The notes beneath the pieces were generated by a model that saw nothing but the letters and a program-made list of their open reading frames with translations, had not been told where the DNA came from and did no database searches. Shown one piece after another: positions 32,309-34,905 of a stretch of 34,905 nt of DNA. Origin of the DNA: an uncultured Clostridia bacterium (GTDB lineage: Bacteria > Bacillota > Clostridia > Oscillospirales > CAG-272). The stretch's first letter is position 1, and every line of letters begins with the position of its first letter. The stretch spans positions 1 through 34,905 of the forward strand of contig CAJGDZ010000002.1 of the NCBI GenBank assembly GCA_904502055.1, given 5' to 3'. A program made the position numbers and the translations under genes.

Positions 32309-33811
32309 ATGAAAATGGTAAGAATTACGGCAGGGATCCTGGTGCTTTTGATGCTGCTCGGTTCGCTTGTCGCGTGTGGCGGCACCCCTGCGGAGACCGA
32401 AGAAAGGGGAAGTGCAACGAGACCTGCGGCAGATGAGGACGAGGTGCAGGACACCGTTCCCGACGACCTTCGATTTGACGGAGAGACCGTTACCTTTCTG
32501 ATCCGTGACAACAAGGATCAGTACAAGTATGAGCTTGCTTGCGAGGAGCTTCTCAACAATCCGCTTTACGATGCCATACATTATCGGAATATCGATGTGG
32601 AGACCCGACTGGGTCTTAAGTTCAAGACCGTGGGTCAGAATGGCGCGTATACCAATTTCAGCAAGTGGAATGAGGTGCTCTCGACCTCGGTGCTGACCAA
32701 CACCGGCGATTTTGACGGCGCGGCGTTTTATCTTTCCACGGGAAGCGCGCTTGCCAAGGACGGCATTTATTACAATCTGCTTTCGCTTACCGACTATGAG
32801 GGCGGTTATCTGAACCTTGAAAAGCCCTGGTGGAACCAGACGCTGGTCGATGAGCTTGCCGCGTACAGCACGCTCTTTTTTGCGGGCGGCTCGCTGACCA
32901 TCAGCGAGGTGGACGACGGCGCTTGTATTTTCTTTAACCGCGACCTCTTTAATCAGCTTTATCCCGAGGACAGAGACACGGCACTCTATCAGCTGGTACG
33001 TGACGGCAAGTGGACGGCAGACAAGATGGCGAGCTACGTTGCGGGGGCCTGGACCGATATGAATTCCAACGGTGCGATCGATGACGGCGACGTAGTCGGA
33101 ACCCGTATCCACGCCATTGGCAAGTCGGCGGGCATTATGGACGCGTGGGTGGTGGCCATGGGTCTGCGCCTGACCGAGACCAACGTGTACGGCGAGCCCG
33201 AGATCGCCCTTTTGAACAGTAACATTCTTCCTGCCTACGAAAAGGTGCGCGGCGTGTTCGGCAACAATCCCGGTGCGCTTCTCGTGGCTGAAATGGGCGG
33301 TGAGACCGACCTCAAGAACGGCAATATGCTGTTCAAGACCGCCACCTTCCACCACGGTGTGGAGATGAAGGAGTCGGTGGTGAACTACGGCGTGCTTCCC
33401 ATCCCGAAGCTTGACGAGGAGCAGACAGAATATTATACCGGATTCGGCAACGAGGCCTCTGCCGTTGCCATTTGCTCCAATCTCACGGATGACAGAGCCG
33501 CTATGGTGAGCGCGGTGCTCGAGCTTTTGTCGGCCGAGGGCTACAAGCAGGTCATTCCGGTCTACTACGGAACCGTTCTGAAGGGGCACTACTCGCGTGA
33601 GCAGGCGGATGCCGAGATGTACGATAAGATCCTTGGATCCTTTGTGTTCTCCTTCGGCTTTGCTTACTCCAGCCAGAGCCTTGGCGGCATCGGAAGCATC
33701 TTCCGCGATCTTTCGCCCACCTTTGATATGCAGAATCATATCGACAGTAACAAGGAAACGTGGAATACCAAGCTGACCGAGCTTTTGGAGGCTCTGGAGG
33801 CCATTTCGTAG
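32309..33811 (+). CDS. Paralog 3: solute-binding-type lipoprotein
   Basis: GAAAGGAAG precedes ATG 32309. Lipobox SLVAC. Collinear with paralogs 1 and 2. Confidence 0.75.
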   Translation: MKMVRITAGILVLLMLLGSLVACGGTPAETEERGSATRPAADEDEVQDTVPDDLRFDGETVTFLIRDNKDQYKYELACEELLNNPLYDAIHYRNIDVETRLGLKFKTVGQNGAYTNFSKWNEVLSTSVLTNTGDFDGAAFYLSTGSALAKDGIYYNLLSLTDYEGGYLNLEKPWWNQTLVDELAAYSTLFFAGGSLTISEVDDGACIFFNRDLFNQLYPEDRDTALYQLVRDGKWTADKMASYVAGAWTDMNSNGAIDDGDVVGTRIHAIGKSAGIMDAWVVAMGLRLTETNVYGEPEIALLNSNILPAYEKVRGVFGNNPGALLVAEMGGETDLKNGNMLFKTATFHHGVEMKESVVNYGVLPIPKLDEEQTEYYTGFGNEASAVAICSNLTDDRAAMVSAVLELLSAEGYKQVIPVYYGTVLKGHYSREQADAEMYDKILGSFVFSFGFAYSSQSLGGIGSIFRDLSPTFDMQNHIDSNKETWNTKLTELLEALEAIS

Positions 33812-33821
33812 CCTGTTTTTG

Positions 33822-33854
33822 AAGCTGTTGTCCCAAAAGGGCAACAGCTTTTTT
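33822..33854 (+). terminator. Intrinsic terminator after paralog 3
   Basis: AAGCTGTTG(T)CCC-AAAA-GGGCAACAGCTT followed by a T-run to 33854. Confidence 0.8.
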
Positions 33855-33878
33855 GTTAAAGAAAAAACGAAAAAGCCC

Positions 33879-33907
33879 TTGCCAAAATTCGGGTTTTGTG
33901 ATATAAT
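33879..33907 (+). promoter_or_regulatory. Sigma-A promoter of paralog 4
   Basis: TTGCCA (33879-33884), 17 bp, TGA-TATAAT (33899-33907). The GTGATATAAT core is the same as in the paralog 1 promoter. Confidence 0.6.
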
Positions 33908-33962
33908 ATCAAAACAATGACAATTTCAGCTTGAAATTAGTACATAAGGAAAGGGAAAAATT

Positions 33963-34905
33963 ATGAAATTTGTACGAGTTTTGGCTCTCCTTCTGGTGCT
34001 TTTGATGCTGCTGCCGGCCTATGCCGCCTGCGGTGATAAGCCCGAGGAGACGACGAAGGCTCCGCAGAGCAACGTAGACGATGACCGTGACGGCGAGCAG
34101 GATACGGTTCCCGCTGACCTCAAGTACAACGGTGAGACGATTACGTTTTTGGTGCGCGGCGGCTCCAACATGAATCAGTATGAGCTGGCTTGTGAGGATT
34201 TGATCAACGATCCGGTTTACGACGCCATCCATTACCGTAACATTGACGTAGAGAACCGTCTTGGCGTCAAGGTCAAGGCCGTTGCCCGAAACGACGAGTT
34301 CCCCTACACGGATTGGAACAACGCGCTTTAGGTATCGGTGCTTACCAACACCGGTGACTACGACGGTGCGGCCTTCTATCTGTCGGCGGGCACCTCGCTT
34401 GCCAAGGAGGGCATCTATTACAACCTTCTTTCTCTTACGAAGGAGGAGGGTGGCTACCTCAACTTTGAGAAGCCCTGGTGGAACAGCTCCATGGTGGATG
34501 AGCTCAGCGTTTACGGCGCAATGTTCTTCGCCGGAGGCTCGCTGACCATTACACAGGCGGCCAGCGGTGTATGCGTGTTCTTCAACCGCGACCTCTTCAA
34601 CCAGAAGTATCCCGATGACAGAGACTCCACGCTTTACCAGCTGGTAAGAGATGGCCAGTGGACGGCTGACAAGATGACCTACTATGTTTCCAACTGCTGG
34701 GATGACCTCAACTCCGACGGTCTTGTAGGCCCCGGTGACGTTGTAGGTATCAAGAGCCTTGGTAACGCGGCCGGTCAGATGGACGCGTGGGTTCTGGCTA
34801 TGGGTCTGGATTTCACGAGAACCGACGTGTTCGGTGAGCCCGAGCTGGTTCTCTTTAACAGCCACACCGTTCCCGCTTACGAGAAGGTGCGCGGCATCTT
34901 TAACA
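33963..34905 (+). pseudogene. Paralog 4: solute-binding-type lipoprotein interrupted by one in-frame TAG (34329-34331); runs off the window
   Basis: Lipobox AYAAC. The frame is open from 33963 to 34905 except for TAG at the codon where paralogs 1-3 encode Ser (TCG/TCC/TCG). Homology continues immediately after it (VSVLTNTGDYDGAAFYLS...). Confidence 0.7.

Noticed and set aside
34329-34331. TAG as a programmed recoding or pyrrolysine codon
   Set aside because: The aligned codon in the three paralogs is Ser and differs by one base. No pyl genes or recoding signals are visible in the window, so a point mutation or error is the simpler explanation.
28633-34865. Long minus-strand ORFs (28633-30060, 30491-31540, 32180-33844, 33909-34865) mirroring each lipoprotein paralog
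   Set aside because: The plus-strand products have lipoboxes, RBSs, promoters, terminators and recognisable family blocks. The antisense ORFs run through plus-strand terminators and promoters and have shadow-frame composition.
1-34905. CRISPR arrays, prophage or transposon content, rRNA/tRNA genes, known defence systems
   Set aside because: I found no regularly spaced direct repeats, and no integrase, transposase or recombinase-like ORF. I saw no terminal inverted repeats flanking the paralog array and no nuclease, ATPase or methylase defence-like genes. The paralog array looks like segmental duplication, not a mobile element.

Overview
The window looks like ordinary chromosome from a Gram-positive, Clostridia-like genome. 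This is inferred from GC-rich coding sequence, AT-rich spacers, sigma-A promoters with TGn-extended -10 boxes, Cys lipoboxes and tightly coupled operons. I call 29 intact CDS, one nonsense-interrupted paralog, one very tentative 21-codon sORF, and no rRNA, tRNA, CRISPR array, transposase or integrase. Layout: (a) 1-145, a GC-rich multi-hairpin element cut by the window edge. (b) 190-11623, an RpiR-type regulator divergent from a nine-gene sugar operon. The operon encodes a GlcD-like FAD oxidase, an Fe-S protein, a class II aldolase, a PfkB kinase, an IolB-like isomerase, an FGGY kinase, a fused EtfB-EtfA flavoprotein and a FucI-like isomerase. A separately promoted AEC transporter follows. (c) 11648-15045, a coupled pair of cytoplasmic beta-helix protein and beta-lactamase-fold hydrolase. 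(d) 15195-17061, a PadR/DUF1700/DUF4097 operon. (e) 17299-28420, scattered genes: PsiE-like protein, EamA transporter, lipoprotein, a GuaA lacking the glutamine amidotransferase (GATase) domain, Ca2+ P-type ATPase, esterase, an AraC regulator with a HAD phosphatase, a Thr/Pro/Glu-rich lipoprotein coupled to an S24/S26-like peptidase, and MntP. (f) 28602-34905, a head-to-tail array of at least four paralogous ~500-aa solute-binding-type lipoproteins. Each has its own promoter; copies 1 and 3 are followed directly by a terminator, copy 2 only after ~180 nt, and the 3' end of copy 4 is off-window. No permease or ATPase gene lies between them, and the fourth copy carries a single in-frame TAG. The best candidates for something undescribed are the lipoprotein array, with its CU-rich 3'UTR and small-RNA-like element, and the hybrid catabolic operon with the fused ETF. 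All functional calls come from reading motifs by eye; no database search was run.
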